Origin: Malassezia furfur
Taxonomy: Eukaryota
Assembly (NCBI GenBank): GCA_052055015.1
Contig: JBQJIT010000065.1
DNA length: 37,266 nt
Reading direction: 5' to 3' (one strand)
Shown here piece after piece: positions 19,027-30,165 of this stretch; position 1 is the first letter of the stretch, and each line of letters begins with the position of its first letter. Under the pieces are notes generated by a model. The model was not told the DNA's origin. It ran no database searches and was given only the letters and a program-made list of their open reading frames with translations. Position numbers and translations under genes: made by a program.

Positions 19027-21030
19027 TGATCCAGTTTGGCAGCCAGCTGGCCCTCGATGGGCACAGCGTCGCGCTGCTCATCCTGATCACCTATTTTTGC
19101 CAGGCGGCGCCACCAGATGGTGAGGAGCGCGCGCAATGTATCTTGCTAATCATGATTGCGCGCATGATGGAGCAGCTCGACGCGCCGCCGGCGTCGCTTG
19201 CCGAGCTCCAAGCTCGTCTGCACCGCGCGTTTGCTGCGTACCCAGAGACCTACGAGGGCATCTATACCTACCTGGCGCACTGGTTTGTCCTGCTGGACAA
19301 CCTCGATGGACTCACCGAGCTCTTCCACGCGAAGTTGCCCGAGTGTCTGCACCATGCACACGAAGAGATCCCGGAAGGTGCCCAGGTGCTCGCGCGCCGC
19401 TCATACCTTGGCGTGTACGTGCGGCGAGCGCGTCTTGCATTCGAAATGCTGCTCGACGCCGAGCGTCTGCAGCTCGCGGCGACGTGTGCGGCGTGGCGCA
19501 CGGGTGCACCGCATGGCCTCGCCGACGAATGGCGCACCAACAGCCAGGCGCGCGCCTTTCGGCAATGGCGCACGAGTGCGCAACAGGGCGACTATGAATC
19601 GACCAAAAATGAGCTGCACGCCTTTTTCGATCTGACGCTCCCAGGGTGCGACCAGGAGCTGCACCAGCACGCTCTGCTCAACCTCGCTTACTTTCATACC
19701 CAGACGCGTGGCTACGCCGCCGCCCGCACGACACTCGACGAGGCCATCCTGCTCGCACGCACGGTCGGCGACACCGAGTGCATGCGTGCATGCGACCACC
19801 TACTACAGCAACTCGGTTCGCTTGACCCTCCGCCCCCAGACGCGCATGGCTGGCTCCTGACGGAGCGCGCGTCCGACACGCAGCTCACGTGCGGAGCCTA
19901 TGCACCGCTCACGCGCTGGCAGGCCGAACAGCACCTGCACGAGGGCAAGCCGCTGCTAGGTATTGTACAGGCCCTTGCGGACGCGACGTGGGCCGCGCGC
20001 TCCGACGCGCGCAAGCCGGGTGCCGACTGGGAGCCGCGGCCAAGTATCGAGCGGAGTGCCGCCTGCCCATCGGCGGTGCTCGCGCGCGTTTGGCTACGAC
20101 TCGGCGTGTCGCCCGTGGCCGAGGCGTACCTGCGGCACATTGACGGCCTCGGGCAAAGCACGCGTGACTGGCGCGAGTTGCGTCTCAGTGCCGCGGCGAC
20201 GCAGGCGTACGCCGCAGCCGAGACGGGCGCCTACGATGCGGCGTTCCATGCGCTGCTGCAGCCGCGTACCTTGCAGCTCCTCCAGACGATGCAGCACTAC
20301 GACGTATGGCAGGCGGCTGTATGGCGCATCGTGCACATACGAGCGCGGCGACAGCGGAACACGGCGACACTCCGGCGCCTGGCCGAGCTGTGTCCCGACA
20401 TGGGTACGTGGGACGAGGCGGAGGGCACAGCCTCCGTCGAGGCGCTGCAACAACTCGACGAGGCGCGAACAATCCTTGAGGCCAAGCAGCCGTTCGCATG
20501 CCTTGACACCTTGATGCAGTCGGTATCGAGTGCTGAACAGCAGCACCTGTATCCCCTGCAGCGCCGCGGACTGGCGCTCCTTGCTGAGGGGTTCACGACC
20601 GCGCTCGAAAACGCCGAGCAGGCGCTCGATCCGACGCTGGCCGAGATTTTGCCCCAAGCGCTCGCGGACCACAACGCTGAGCGGCGTGGGTGCGTCGAAT
20701 ACGTGTATGCACGGACATTGCTTGCGTTGCACGACGCCGAGGGCGCACGCACGTGGCTGGCGCGCGCCGAGCAAGGTACGTGGCGCAACTGACCCAGACT
20801 TTGCCTCGACCGAGAACTATACCGAGCAGGCTGCGTGCCTCTACATGCATGCGCGTATTGCGAACCATCTAGGAGATGCGCGTGCGCGCGACGAGCTTGC
20901 GACGGCGCACGCCGCCGTGCACCGGCGCGCCCTGGAAGCAACGACGGCGCCAGACGCCGATCCTCATGTACCCCGCCTCCACATGCTGCTTAACGCCGCC
21001 GTGAGAAACGTAATCAAGCCGGAGCTTTAA
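19027..21030 (+). CDS. APC5: Anaphase-promoting complex subunit 5-like
   Basis: RRSYLGVYVRRA and the Apc5 domain GDYESTKNELHAFFD...HQHALLNLAYFH...LDEAILLARTVGDTECM, followed by helical TPR-like sequence. Intron 20776-20797 (22 nt). The start choice is inferred (first in-frame ATG). Confidence 0.78.
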
Positions 21031-21035
21031 CTACG

Positions 21036-21636
21036 ATGCCGGTGGAACTCATCACGGTGGACGACGCTGCGGCCTGGGCGAAGTCGTCCATCAACGACGG
21101 CGTGACGCACAAGGACGGATGGACATATCTTGCTTTGCACGGCACCGACTGCAAGCTTGTGTATGCAGAACGCAACGGCGTTGTGGCCGGCTCGGGCGAG
21201 CGCGCCGCAACCGAGCGCCCGAGCCGTGCACACCAGACGGAGATGCGCTTCCGGCTACGTGTTAAGGAGAACATGACCAACTCATTCGGCACGGTGCATG
21301 GCGGGTGCCTCGCGACGGTGATCGATACGCTCTCTTCCTTCCTGATGCCGCTGCACTCGAGCGGCGTGATGGGCCAGCCGTGGCTCACGTTTGGCGTGTC
21401 GCAGACGCTCACTGTGAATTACTTGGCGCCGACGCGCGTCAACAAGTGGATCGAAGTGGTGGTCACGTCGCTGTCGGTCGGCAAGAATGTCGCGCTGCTC
21501 GACACGCGGGTTTACGAGTTGGCCGGCGACGAGCACAGCGAGCGCAAGGTGCTCACCGCAACGAGCACGCACAACAAGGTACGTCGCACACGCTCATGCC
21601 CAGGTCGACGTGAGCTCGCGCATGTCCAAGCTATAG
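21036..21636 (+). CDS. PaaI/ACOT13-type hotdog acyl-CoA thioesterase with C-terminal PTS1 (SKL)
   Basis: MTNSFGTVHGGCLATVID hotdog motif and GVSQTLTVNYLAP. Intron 21579-21603 (25 nt) yields ...HNKVDVSSRMSKL*. Confidence 0.87.
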
Positions 21637-21644
21637 AGTACAGA

Positions 21645-22628
21645 TTAGCGCCAACGGTTGCGATCCATGCCGCCCCGTGCACCCATGCGCCCTGGGTGCG
21701 GGCACGCATTGGCAAAGTGGCCATACTCGCCGCACTTGTAGCATAGCACCTCGTTCAGCTCGCGCCGGCGCGGATCGCGCGGCGCGCTGGCCATTGGCGT
21801 CTTGCGCAGCTCTTCGGCGGCGGCCCAGTCGGCCTCGGGCACGATGGCGCGACCTGTGCGCGGGTCGGTCGGCAGCTCGTGAATGCCGGGCCCCGTGCCA
21901 AAGGCCTGCATGATCGGCAACGGGCGATGCGTGAGTAGCGGCGTGGTGGCACGCGACTCGGGCGTCGGTTGGAGCGCCTTGACGCTGGGTGAGCTCAAGT
22001 GACGTACTGTCCTAGGTTGCATTCGGGCCCAAGTGGGCAAAAGCCTGCGAGGTAGTACGGGCATGCCACTTGGCGCATGTGTTTCTTGGGGCATTGCGGA
22101 CCTGGGTTAGTCGCGCGCCGACATACCGCGGGGGCAAAAGCCGCGCTTGTACAGTTCGCACTCGCGGCGCTTCACCGATGGGTCGATGTGCACGTACAGG
22201 CACTCGTCACCGGCGTTGCAGAAACCGTACGTCGCATAGAAGCGACACTCGGCCATGCGTCGCAGGTCGTACTCGTGCAGGTAGTCGCAAGCGTCGCCCT
22301 TTTTGCACAGGCCACGCAACCAGTGCTTGCACACGGTACGGCGCAGCGCATCACGCCCAGGCGCGGGCACCGCAGGTGACGGCGTGACGATGTGGCGCAG
22401 TGGGCACTGGCTCTGGAGCGCGCAGCGCCCTTTGCGGTACCGCGGGCAGACTTCGTCGTCGGTGTCGAGGCGTAGCTGCAACTCGCGCTTCACGAACGGC
22501 TCAAACGAGAATTCGTTGTGCTGCCAGTCGCCCTCTGTCGGGGGGCGCCGGATACGCACGCTCGAGAAGAGCGACGAATTGGCATGGATGGGGACATAGT
22601 CCACCGGCAGCGCGAGGATGTCGGACAT
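21645..22628 (-). CDS. YTH1: mRNA 3'-end processing factor Yth1/CPSF30
   Basis: Five CCCH fingers, including [22 protein letters not shown]. Introns 22102-22126 (25 nt) and 21985-22007 (23 nt) complete fingers 4 and 5. C-terminal CCHC knuckle [14 protein letters not shown]. Confidence 0.92.
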
Positions 22629-22703
22629 CGTCGCCCGCCGCGCAACGGCTCCACACGCGAATCCGGCGGATTTTGCCTTGCGGACCCCTCCACCTCTACT
22701 ACT

Positions 22704-25409
22704 ATGCCTTCCGGGGGGGCGTGGGGACGGACGCCAGGTGTGGCGCCGCCGGCGCCGCGCGCCGGGCCGTCAGCGTCGGCGTTCCCCGACCTGGCGAGCG
22801 CACAGCGCATCCCCACTACGCGCCGCACGCGCTCGGCGGCGCGCGCCATGTGGGCGTCCGACGAGCTGGGCGCCGGTTCGCCCGCGCCGCAGACCCGCAC
22901 CGACCAGCTCAACGCGCGCGCGACGCAGTGGCGACGCACCGGCCGTGTCGCACGCGAGATCGTGTTCCGCGATGAGACCGTCGTGCCGGTGGCGCACACG
23001 TCCGCCACCACGCTCGAGGACGAGGAGCGTGGCGCCAGCATCGCCAGCGTGCGCATCCACGACAAGACGCAGGGCGCCGCGCTCGGCGCCTGGGCCTCGC
23101 TCTTCCAGCCACGCGCCGATCCGCTCGTGACGGATGCGCCGCTCATGCGCACACATCCTGCACACACGTACGCGCGCCTCCGCGCCGCCGACCTGGCCCT
23201 CCACACCGTGCACGACGCGGCGGAGCTGGCTGAGTGCCCTGCGCCGGGAGCGGTACGCGAGGCGGTGGCGGCTGGTGCGCGTGCGCTCCGTGCGGATGCG
23301 CGGGGGGGCGCGCCTGATGCGCTGCAGGCGTACGGTGCTCTCTTTCACCTCGTAGAGACGTGCGTGTCGTCGCCGTTGATGCTGTACCGGCTGTGTGCAC
23401 GCGGCGACGTCGGTGGCATGCCGCTCGACGCGCTCGTGCGCGCCGCCGACGACCTGCCGCTCGAGGTGCGCGGCGCATTCCGCGCGCATCTCGACGCATG
23501 CCTCGACACGCACGCGGCACACCTCGCTGCGGCGCAGCGCGCGGCAGACCCCGACGAGGCCTTGGCGGTCTTCGAGTCGCGCTTTGATGACGTGCGCGCC
23601 GCGCCGCGCATCTGTGCGCTGCTCGCCCTCGAGCTGTGTGCGCCCGACGATGCCGAACGCGTCGCGCGCCTCGCCCACGCCGTGCCGCGGCAGGCATGGA
23701 CGGCGCCGAGCGAGGGGCTCGAAGACTGGCCGACGCCGCGCCTCGAGCGGCTTGCGCAGCGCGTGAGCACGGCGATCAGCGCGCGCCTCGGGTCATACCA
23801 CGCTGCGCGGCAGCACGCACGCATCCTCCCCGCGTCGACGGATGCGCAGTTGCCCTCACTCCTTGCGCTCCTTGGCCACGTGTGGGACGCCAACATTGCG
23901 CGGCCCGCCGAGGCGCGCTGCGGCGTTGCTGCCTTTTACGCGGTGGCGACCGAGCTGGGCTTTGCGCTCGATGAATACCAGCAGTGGGTCCACGCGCCTC
24001 GTACCGAGCGCGGCGTGCACCTCCTTTGCGACGAGCCGTGCGTGTTGAGCCTCGGCGCCAAGGTGCAGATCCTTGCGTGGGAGGCGCGGCAGGCGATGCG
24101 GCAGGCGTCGACGTATGCTTGGGTGCATGCGCACACGCCCGTGTTGCCCACATCGCGCGCACATGCGCATGTCGCGGCGGGCGTGCGTGTGGCGGCGGGC
24201 GAAGTTACACCGGTAGGTGCGGCCGGGCCGGCGGACGACGACGCGGCACTGGGCGTGTGTGCGGTGCATGTGCGGCGCACGCACCTCGTGGACGACTCGC
24301 GGCCGCTGCTGTCGCTCGATGCTACGGCACTACTGCGGCCCATGAAGGCAACCTTTGACAACGAGCTAGCGCAGGACGCGGGCGGCGTGCTCAAAGAGTA
24401 CCTGCTGCTCGTGTGCGAGGCGCTGTGCGCGCCGAGTGCGGGCCTCTTGGCGGATATAGACGAGAACCCGCAGCGCGGCGTCCTATGGCTCGCGCCACGC
24501 GCCCCGGACGCTGACGACGCCGAGACGCACGACGCGCTGCAGCGTCTTGAGCTGCTTGGTGTCGTGCTGGGCCTTGCGCTCGTGCACGGCGTGACATTGC
24601 CACTGCGCTTCCCTGTGCGGGTGTATGCGCACCTGCTGCACGCTGCCAATGCCGCGCCACCACCGCCCACAGACCTGGCGGCGCTGCGGCCCATCCGCCC
24701 TGCACTCGCCGCGGGACTGGCGCAGCTGCTCGCGTACGACGAGCGTGGCGGGCGCTCGGTCGAGGACGCGATGCACCTCACCTGGTCTGTTGCGCACGGC
24801 GCGCATGTCTATCCGCTCGCGCCCGGCGCACCCGTCGTGACCGCCGCGGACCGCGACGCGTACGTCGCGCGCGTCTGCACGTGGGTGCTGCACGACGCGG
24901 TGTGCGCGCCGCTCGATGCACTCACGCGCGGGTTTGTGCGTGTCGCCGCGCCGCCGACGCCCGTTGCACGCTCGCCGCTGTGTTTGCTGCAGCCTGAGGA
25001 GCTCGAGACACTGCTGCGTGGGCGCGACGAGCGCGTGCTGGACGTCGACGCGCTGCGTGCAAGCGCGGCGCACGTTGGTTTTCCTGCGCGCGCGTCGCGG
25101 TACGGCGCGCAGGTGCATGCGAACGTGGAGCACTTTTGGGCGGTGTGGGCGTCGCTCGACCCTGCATCGCAGCACGCATTGCTTGGCTTCATCACGGGCA
25201 GCCCGCGCGTGCCGGCGATGGGTGCCGCGAGCGTCGGCCTGCGCATCCAGCACGTCGACGACCCTTACGCGCAGCTCGGCACGGCGCGGGTGCCGTGGAG
25301 CAGCACGTGCACCTCGACGCTCTTCTTGCCCGTGTACGACTCGCGCGCGGCGCTGGAGGCCAAGGTGCGCGTCGCGCTGGCGCACAGCACGGGGTTTGGA
25401 CTCGGGTAG
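22704..25409 (+). CDS. HECT-domain E3 ubiquitin ligase (divergent, Hul4-like)
   Basis: VHVRRTHLVDDS, ELAQDAGGVLKEYL, LGVVLGLAL, PEELETLLRG, LLGFITGSPRVP, and the C-terminus TCTSTLFLPVYDSRAALEAKV...GFGLG*. First ATG 22704. Confidence 0.85.
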   Translation: MPSGGAWGRTPGVAPPAPRAGPSASAFPDLASAQRIPTTRRTRSAARAMWASDELGAGSPAPQTRTDQLNARATQWRRTGRVAREIVFRDETVVPVAHTSATTLEDEERGASIASVRIHDKTQGAALGAWASLFQPRADPLVTDAPLMRTHPAHTYARLRAADLALHTVHDAAELAECPAPGAVREAVAAGARALRADARGGAPDALQAYGALFHLVETCVSSPLMLYRLCARGDVGGMPLDALVRAADDLPLEVRGAFRAHLDACLDTHAAHLAAAQRAADPDEALAVFESRFDDVRAAPRICALLALELCAPDDAERVARLAHAVPRQAWTAPSEGLEDWPTPRLERLAQRVSTAISARLGSYHAARQHARILPASTDAQLPSLLALLGHVWDANIARPAEARCGVAAFYAVATELGFALDEYQQWVHAPRTERGVHLLCDEPCVLSLGAKVQILAWEARQAMRQASTYAWVHAHTPVLPTSRAHAHVAAGVRVAAGEVTPVGAAGPADDDAALGVCAVHVRRTHLVDDSRPLLSLDATALLRPMKATFDNELAQDAGGVLKEYLLLVCEALCAPSAGLLADIDENPQRGVLWLAPRAPDADDAETHDALQRLELLGVVLGLALVHGVTLPLRFPVRVYAHLLHAANAAPPPPTDLAALRPIRPALAAGLAQLLAYDERGGRSVEDAMHLTWSVAHGAHVYPLAPGAPVVTAADRDAYVARVCTWVLHDAVCAPLDALTRGFVRVAAPPTPVARSPLCLLQPEELETLLRGRDERVLDVDALRASAAHVGFPARASRYGAQVHANVEHFWAVWASLDPASQHALLGFITGSPRVPAMGAASVGLRIQHVDDPYAQLGTARVPWSSTCTSTLFLPVYDSRAALEAKVRVALAHSTGFGLG

Positions 25410-25440
25410 GCCGCAGATCCTATGTAGCGACTACGGCCTC

Positions 25441-28400
25441 TTACGCCGGCCACTTGGCGGGATCCAGCGCCAGAATCCGCTGGAAGGCCTGGTCGCGGTC
25501 GACGACCGCGGGCAGCGTCAGGCCCTTGGGCTGCCCATGCAGCACAATCTCGAGGCCCTCGGCGCACGTATCGAGCACGGGCGTGTTTTTCCGCGTGCGC
25601 TTGATCGTCGCGATCTGCTCGAGCGGCGCGTCAAACATGACGCGGTTCGGCTCGGGGATCACCGCGGACATGACCGAGTAGGCTTCGAACGGCGTACGCC
25701 CCTGGCCCTGTGCCTCGGCACGCACCATCTCGCGCACGTCGCGCGGCGAAATTAGGGGGTAAAAGGTGCGCCCGTCCACCTCTTTGGTGAGCCGCGCGGC
25801 CTCGACGTCAGACAGGTTCGGCGGCAGGCGCATCGGCTTGATCGTCGAATGCGTCAGCTGGAATACGATGCGCGTCGGCAGCACCACCAGATGGCCTACG
25901 CGCTTGCGGTGCACCGCCAGGTAGACGTTCGGCTCGCCGGCATCGTCAAACCACCGGATCCCGCGCGTTGCGCCGCCCGCGCCGCGCGACGGCGACGGCG
26001 ACGGCGACCTGCCCGCATCGGGCGTCACACGCGCGTGCACGGCGTCCACCGAGACCGCCGGCGACATCGCCACGCCGTCCTGCGACAGACTCAGCGACGC
26101 ATACGACGACTTGCGTGCCACCGAGTTCTCCAATGCGTCCCGCTGGTGCTGCCGCATACGCCGCCGGCGCTCGAGCTGCTCCTGCAGCGAGTCGGACTGC
26201 GCTGCAATGTACATTGGCCGGCCACTGGGTGGCGAGGCGCTCGTGGGCGCCGCCGCGGCCATGGGGTGCGCCGCCGGCACGGGCGCCGTGGGCGCTGCCG
26301 GCTGTACGACCACCGCGGGCGCTGCCGGCTGCGGCGTCCATGGCGCGGCGGTTGTCTCGTTGGTCGCAGTGGTGGTGACGGGGGCAGCGGCGGTGGCAGA
26401 CGCCGGCGCCCCTCCAGGGGCGGCCACCGGCGCGGCCACTGGGGCCGCTGGCGTTTCGATCGTATGCGTCACGGCGCGCGTCTCTTCGGGCACGGCGTGC
26501 GGCGCAGGCGCTTGCACTTCGGTGTGTGGTACCTGGAACAGGGGCGGCGCCGGGGCCACCTGCAGCCGCGTGGGCGGCATCGACTCCCATGCGGGCAACA
26601 GCCCTTCGTGCAGCGCTTCTGCAGAAGCCCCGGGCGTTTCGGCCTCGGGCACCGCGGACGCAGGCTCTGACGCGGGCAGCGAAAAGCCCAGCGCGGACAG
26701 CGCACGCTCCGCAACCGTGCGTTGGTCCACGTCCTCGTCCTCCTCTCCGGCGTAGTCGGAGCCGACGCTCTCGACATCCTCCCATTGTGGCTCGTGCGTA
26801 TCCGAGGTAGCCGAATCGAACTGTGCCGTGGAGGGCGCCGCGGGCGTGCTTTGGACAGGCGGAGGGAGGTGCGCGGTGGTCGGTGCCGCGGCGGGTGCCG
26901 CGGCGGCCAGCGGCTCGGTGGGCAGCACCCTCGGTTGTGCCATCCACTCGGTAGCATGGGTCGAACCCTCCGACGCGTCGGGGCGCGGCGCACCGGTTGC
27001 GATTTTGTGTGCGATGGGCGACGCTTCGGGCGCCAGCAACACTTGCTGCACCTCGGTCACAGGCGGGGCCACTGGCGAGGCGGCCATGGAGGGCGCGGAA
27101 ACCACAGGCGCCGGCACTTGCTCTGTGGACACCGGCTGATGCACGGGCGGAGCGTACGCGGGCTCGGCAGGCACGGCAGAGGCGTACGCGGGCTCGGCAG
27201 GCATGACCGGAGCATGGACAGGGAGAGCAGGCGCGGACTGCACCGGGGCGGCCTGTGCCGCGGCCGGCTGGGTAGTGTGCACGGCTTCCATGGGCGCGTC
27301 GACAGGCTCCGGCTCGGCCAGCTCCGGATCGATCACGGACCACCGGGCAGCGCCGCGCAGCATCGCCTCGGCCTCGGCCATGTGCGCCGCCGCACGCCGC
27401 TTCGCCTCGGCATCGCGGGCCTGCGCCGAGCCACGCAGCTTGGCCTCGGCCTCGGCGATGTGCGCCGCGCGCGACTCCTCGGACTCGGCGGCCTCGGCAG
27501 CCTGGGGCTCCAGTACGGTGTGTAGACGCGACGCCGACGACGCAGGCTGGCTCACGCGCTGCGGCCGGTCGGAAAGAATGTAGCCGCGGCGCGCGCTGCG
27601 CAGGGGCCGCGCGCCGTCCACGTCAGCGCCTACCGCGCTGTCGTCCATCGTCGACGCACTCGTCTCGGCACCGGGTGCGGCGGCGGACGCATCGCTCGGC
27701 TCTGAAAACACGCCGGTGACATCAGCGACGGGCCGGTGACGCGACATGCGGCGCGACGCCATCGGCACGGGCTCTTCGGCGCCATCCGTGGCATCCTGCC
27801 AGCGCTGCAGCACGCGGCGCGTCGGCTTGGACGGACGTGTGTCCTTGCGGCGGCGCACACGCGGCTCGGCGACCTCTTCGATGCGGTTCGGCTCCATCTC
27901 GACAAACTCGCCACGCCGGCGTTTCTCGCGCTCGGTCTCCCAGCGTGCATGGAGCTGGGTTTGGTGCAGGTACTCTTCGTCGGTCGGCACGTTCGACAGC
28001 ACCTGGTCGAGTACGGTGCGCGACGAACTGACAAACGGCTGGGTGCCCTGTGCGGGCGTGGGCGCCTCTTGGAAGTAGTCCCACACCTTGCTCCAGTAGC
28101 CGTACTCGATCATCGGCGCAACCACGAACACGCACAGGAAAACGAGCGCGCCGGGAAGCTTGACCATCATCCACGTTGTAATGTGCGCACTCAGGACCAC
28201 GAACAACAGCAACCAGCCAAGGTAGCGCAGCGTCACGATCGGGTTGCGCCACATCGCCAAGTTCTTCATGCGCTCGTGCACGTCCGCAAGGCCATGCGTG
28301 TAGATCAAAATTTGGTCGCCGATCTGCTGCAGCATCGCCGAGGAGGCCACCGTGAGCGGTTGCGTGGCAACCAGGTCGAGCCGGTGCGTGCGGCGCACAA

Positions 28401-30165
28401 TCGTGCGGTTGCTCAGCGTGCGCCGCAGCCCAGGCTCGTCGGTGTCAGACGGCTCAAAGGTCTCCTCGGCGGGCAGATGCAGCCACCGAAAGGTCGCAAT
28501 GTACAAAAAGGTGCACAGGAAAAAGATGGCCAGCAGATCGCCGCGCCACCACACCACCGTGTAGAACGCCGCGACACTCCCGGTAAGCCATGGCTGTTCC
28601 CAGCGCCACAGCCGGCGCAGCATGACAAACAGGCCATGGTACAGGATGTACACATTGATCACCAGCCGCGACGCATTTTGGTTGAAGACGTGCATCCGCG
28701 TCGTCTCGCCCGTCCCGTACACATCGTTACGCGCGCGCATACGCTCGTCCAGCGTCGGCGCATAGGTCGACACAGACACCACCGACATTGCGTCCGGGTC
28801 CAGCTGCCCTTTGCGCCACTTGTCGGCGATTGGCGCCGCACGCGACACAAACGCAGGGCTTGACGTGTCGGCCGTCGCTGCAGCGTTCGACGGCGCCTCG
28901 TCCATCGCCGCGCGTACGCCGGGCGACACGATCGCCGCTTCAGTTGTCACCACATCAACAACTGGCGGGACGGCCGTCTGCGACGCACGCACGTCAGGCA
29001 TGGCTGGCGCCATTGGCGACAGATGCATGGCCGGCGCGATCGGTGACATCGGCGCGGCTGGCACGGCCGGCGACAACGGCACAGTGGGCGCAATCGGCGA
29101 TGCCGCAGCGGGCTGGCCCAGCCGCGGGCTGAGCGGCGCCGTGCGCTCGGCTTCCCTGGGCGCCGCCACAGACTCAGGGATCGCGGTCGCCTCGAGCGGC
29201 ACGTCCTCCACCGCATCATGCCCGCTGTACGACGGTGCGAGCGCGTCGTGCGAGGTCTCGATATAGGTACCCTCGCTTCCGTCATGCGCCGGCACCGCAC
29301 GTGGTGCGCTCGGATCGTCGCGGATCGAGTCGAGGTACGTCGTCGGCGTGTGCTCGTCCATCCAGTCGATCTCAGCAGGCTGCTCAATGGCCGCGGCGTC
29401 CTCGCCTTTGCGGCGCACCGAGACGCGCTTCTTGCGGCGCGTTGGGTCCTTTTTCTCGCGGTCGGTCCCGTCCTTGTCGCGCTTCTTCTTGCGCACGACC
29501 ACCTCGCCGTTTTCGTTGACCACCTTTTTCTTTTTTTTCTTCTTTTCCTTCTCGACCGGCACCACATCATCGTTCGTGAGCTTTGCGAGTGCCGCTGCAG
29601 TCGCCGAAACGATCGGCACACCGCGGTCCGTGTCATCCGCATCGCGCGACTCACCCGTGGCACTCAGAACGGTGCGAATGCGGGGTTGCGGCGGTGCATC
29701 CTCGTCCACCTCCTCGGTAACCGTCGGGCGGCGCGAAAGACGCGCGGATGCCTCGCGCGACGTATCCTGCATGTCGTCGTCCTCAAGCCACGGACGCGAC
29801 TCACTCCGGCGGTACACATCCAGGAACGACCGCGAGCGGCCCAGACCGGACGCGCCGGCACTGGCGCCCTCGGCCGGCGCGCCGCTCGTCTGCCCGAAAG
29901 GCTTGCCCCACATGGATTCCTGGGAGGCAGGTTCCAGCTCGCCGTTCGTGCCATGGTGCGGGCCGCGCTCGTCCAGCGCCGAAAAGAGGGTACGCCGCGG
30001 ACGCTCGTGCGTCAGGCCCGCCTCCATCGCACCAGGCGGAGGCGGTGCGACTGAGCTACCGAGCTCGTCGAGCGTATGGCGGACTTCTCCGTAGCGGCTA
30101 TCCCCTGGGTCAACTCCTGACCCGTATCGCCGCGAGTACGCCGGCAGCGGGACACTGCTCGCCAT
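25441..30165 (-). CDS. Large, mostly disordered protein with a central hydrophobic membrane module and a C-terminal PH/GRAM-like domain
   Basis: First plausible ATG is 30165 (MASSVPLPAY). Module LRRLWRWEQPWLT...ADVHERMKNLAMWRNP plus hydrophobic helices resembles MCTP/GRAMD4-type hairpins. C-terminus GHLVVLPTRIVF...GLEIVL...DRDQAFQRILAL. Family assignment is tentative. Confidence 0.7.
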   Translation of the reverse strand: MASSVPLPAYSRRYGSGVDPGDSRYGEVRHTLDELGSSVAPPPPGAMEAGLTHERPRRTLFSALDERGPHHGTNGELEPASQESMWGKPFGQTSGAPAEGASAGASGLGRSRSFLDVYRRSESRPWLEDDDMQDTSREASARLSRRPTVTEEVDEDAPPQPRIRTVLSATGESRDADDTDRGVPIVSATAAALAKLTNDDVVPVEKEKKKKKKKVVNENGEVVVRKKKRDKDGTDREKKDPTRRKKRVSVRRKGEDAAAIEQPAEIDWMDEHTPTTYLDSIRDDPSAPRAVPAHDGSEGTYIETSHDALAPSYSGHDAVEDVPLEATAIPESVAAPREAERTAPLSPRLGQPAAASPIAPTVPLSPAVPAAPMSPIAPAMHLSPMAPAMPDVRASQTAVPPVVDVVTTEAAIVSPGVRAAMDEAPSNAAATADTSSPAFVSRAAPIADKWRKGQLDPDAMSVVSVSTYAPTLDERMRARNDVYGTGETTRMHVFNQNASRLVINVYILYHGLFVMLRRLWRWEQPWLTGSVAAFYTVVWWRGDLLAIFFLCTFLYIATFRWLHLPAEETFEPSDTDEPGLRRTLSNRTIVRRTHRLDLVATQPLTVASSAMLQQIGDQILIYTHGLADVHERMKNLAMWRNPIVTLRYLGWLLLFVVLSAHITTWMMVKLPGALVFLCVFVVAPMIEYGYWSKVWDYFQEAPTPAQGTQPFVSSSRTVLDQVLSNVPTDEEYLHQTQLHARWETEREKRRRGEFVEMEPNRIEEVAEPRVRRRKDTRPSKPTRRVLQRWQDATDGAEEPVPMASRRMSRHRPVADVTGVFSEPSDASAAAPGAETSASTMDDSAVGADVDGARPLRSARRGYILSDRPQRVSQPASSASRLHTVLEPQAAEAAESEESRAAHIAEAEAKLRGSAQARDAEAKRRAAAHMAEAEAMLRGAARWSVIDPELAEPEPVDAPMEAVHTTQPAAAQAAPVQSAPALPVHAPVMPAEPAYASAVPAEPAYAPPVHQPVSTEQVPAPVVSAPSMAASPVAPPVTEVQQVLLAPEASPIAHKIATGAPRPDASEGSTHATEWMAQPRVLPTEPLAAAAPAAAPTTAHLPPPVQSTPAAPSTAQFDSATSDTHEPQWEDVESVGSDYAGEEDEDVDQRTVAERALSALGFSLPASEPASAVPEAETPGASAEALHEGLLPAWESMPPTRLQVAPAPPLFQVPHTEVQAPAPHAVPEETRAVTHTIETPAAPVAAPVAAPGGAPASATAAAPVTTTATNETTAAPWTPQPAAPAVVVQPAAPTAPVPAAHPMAAAAPTSASPPSGRPMYIAAQSDSLQEQLERRRRMRQHQRDALENSVARKSSYASLSLSQDGVAMSPAVSVDAVHARVTPDAGRSPSPSPSRGAGGATRGIRWFDDAGEPNVYLAVHRKRVGHLVVLPTRIVFQLTHSTIKPMRLPPNLSDVEAARLTKEVDGRTFYPLISPRDVREMVRAEAQGQGRTPFEAYSVMSAVIPEPNRVMFDAPLEQIATIKRTRKNTPVLDTCAEGLEIVLHGQPKGLTLPAVVDRDQAFQRILALDPAKWPA
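27152..27203. repeat. Coding tandem duplication, 30-bp period (PAEPAYA x2)
   Basis: GCGTACGCGGGCTCGGCAGGCA occurs at 27152 and 27182. Confidence 0.75.
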
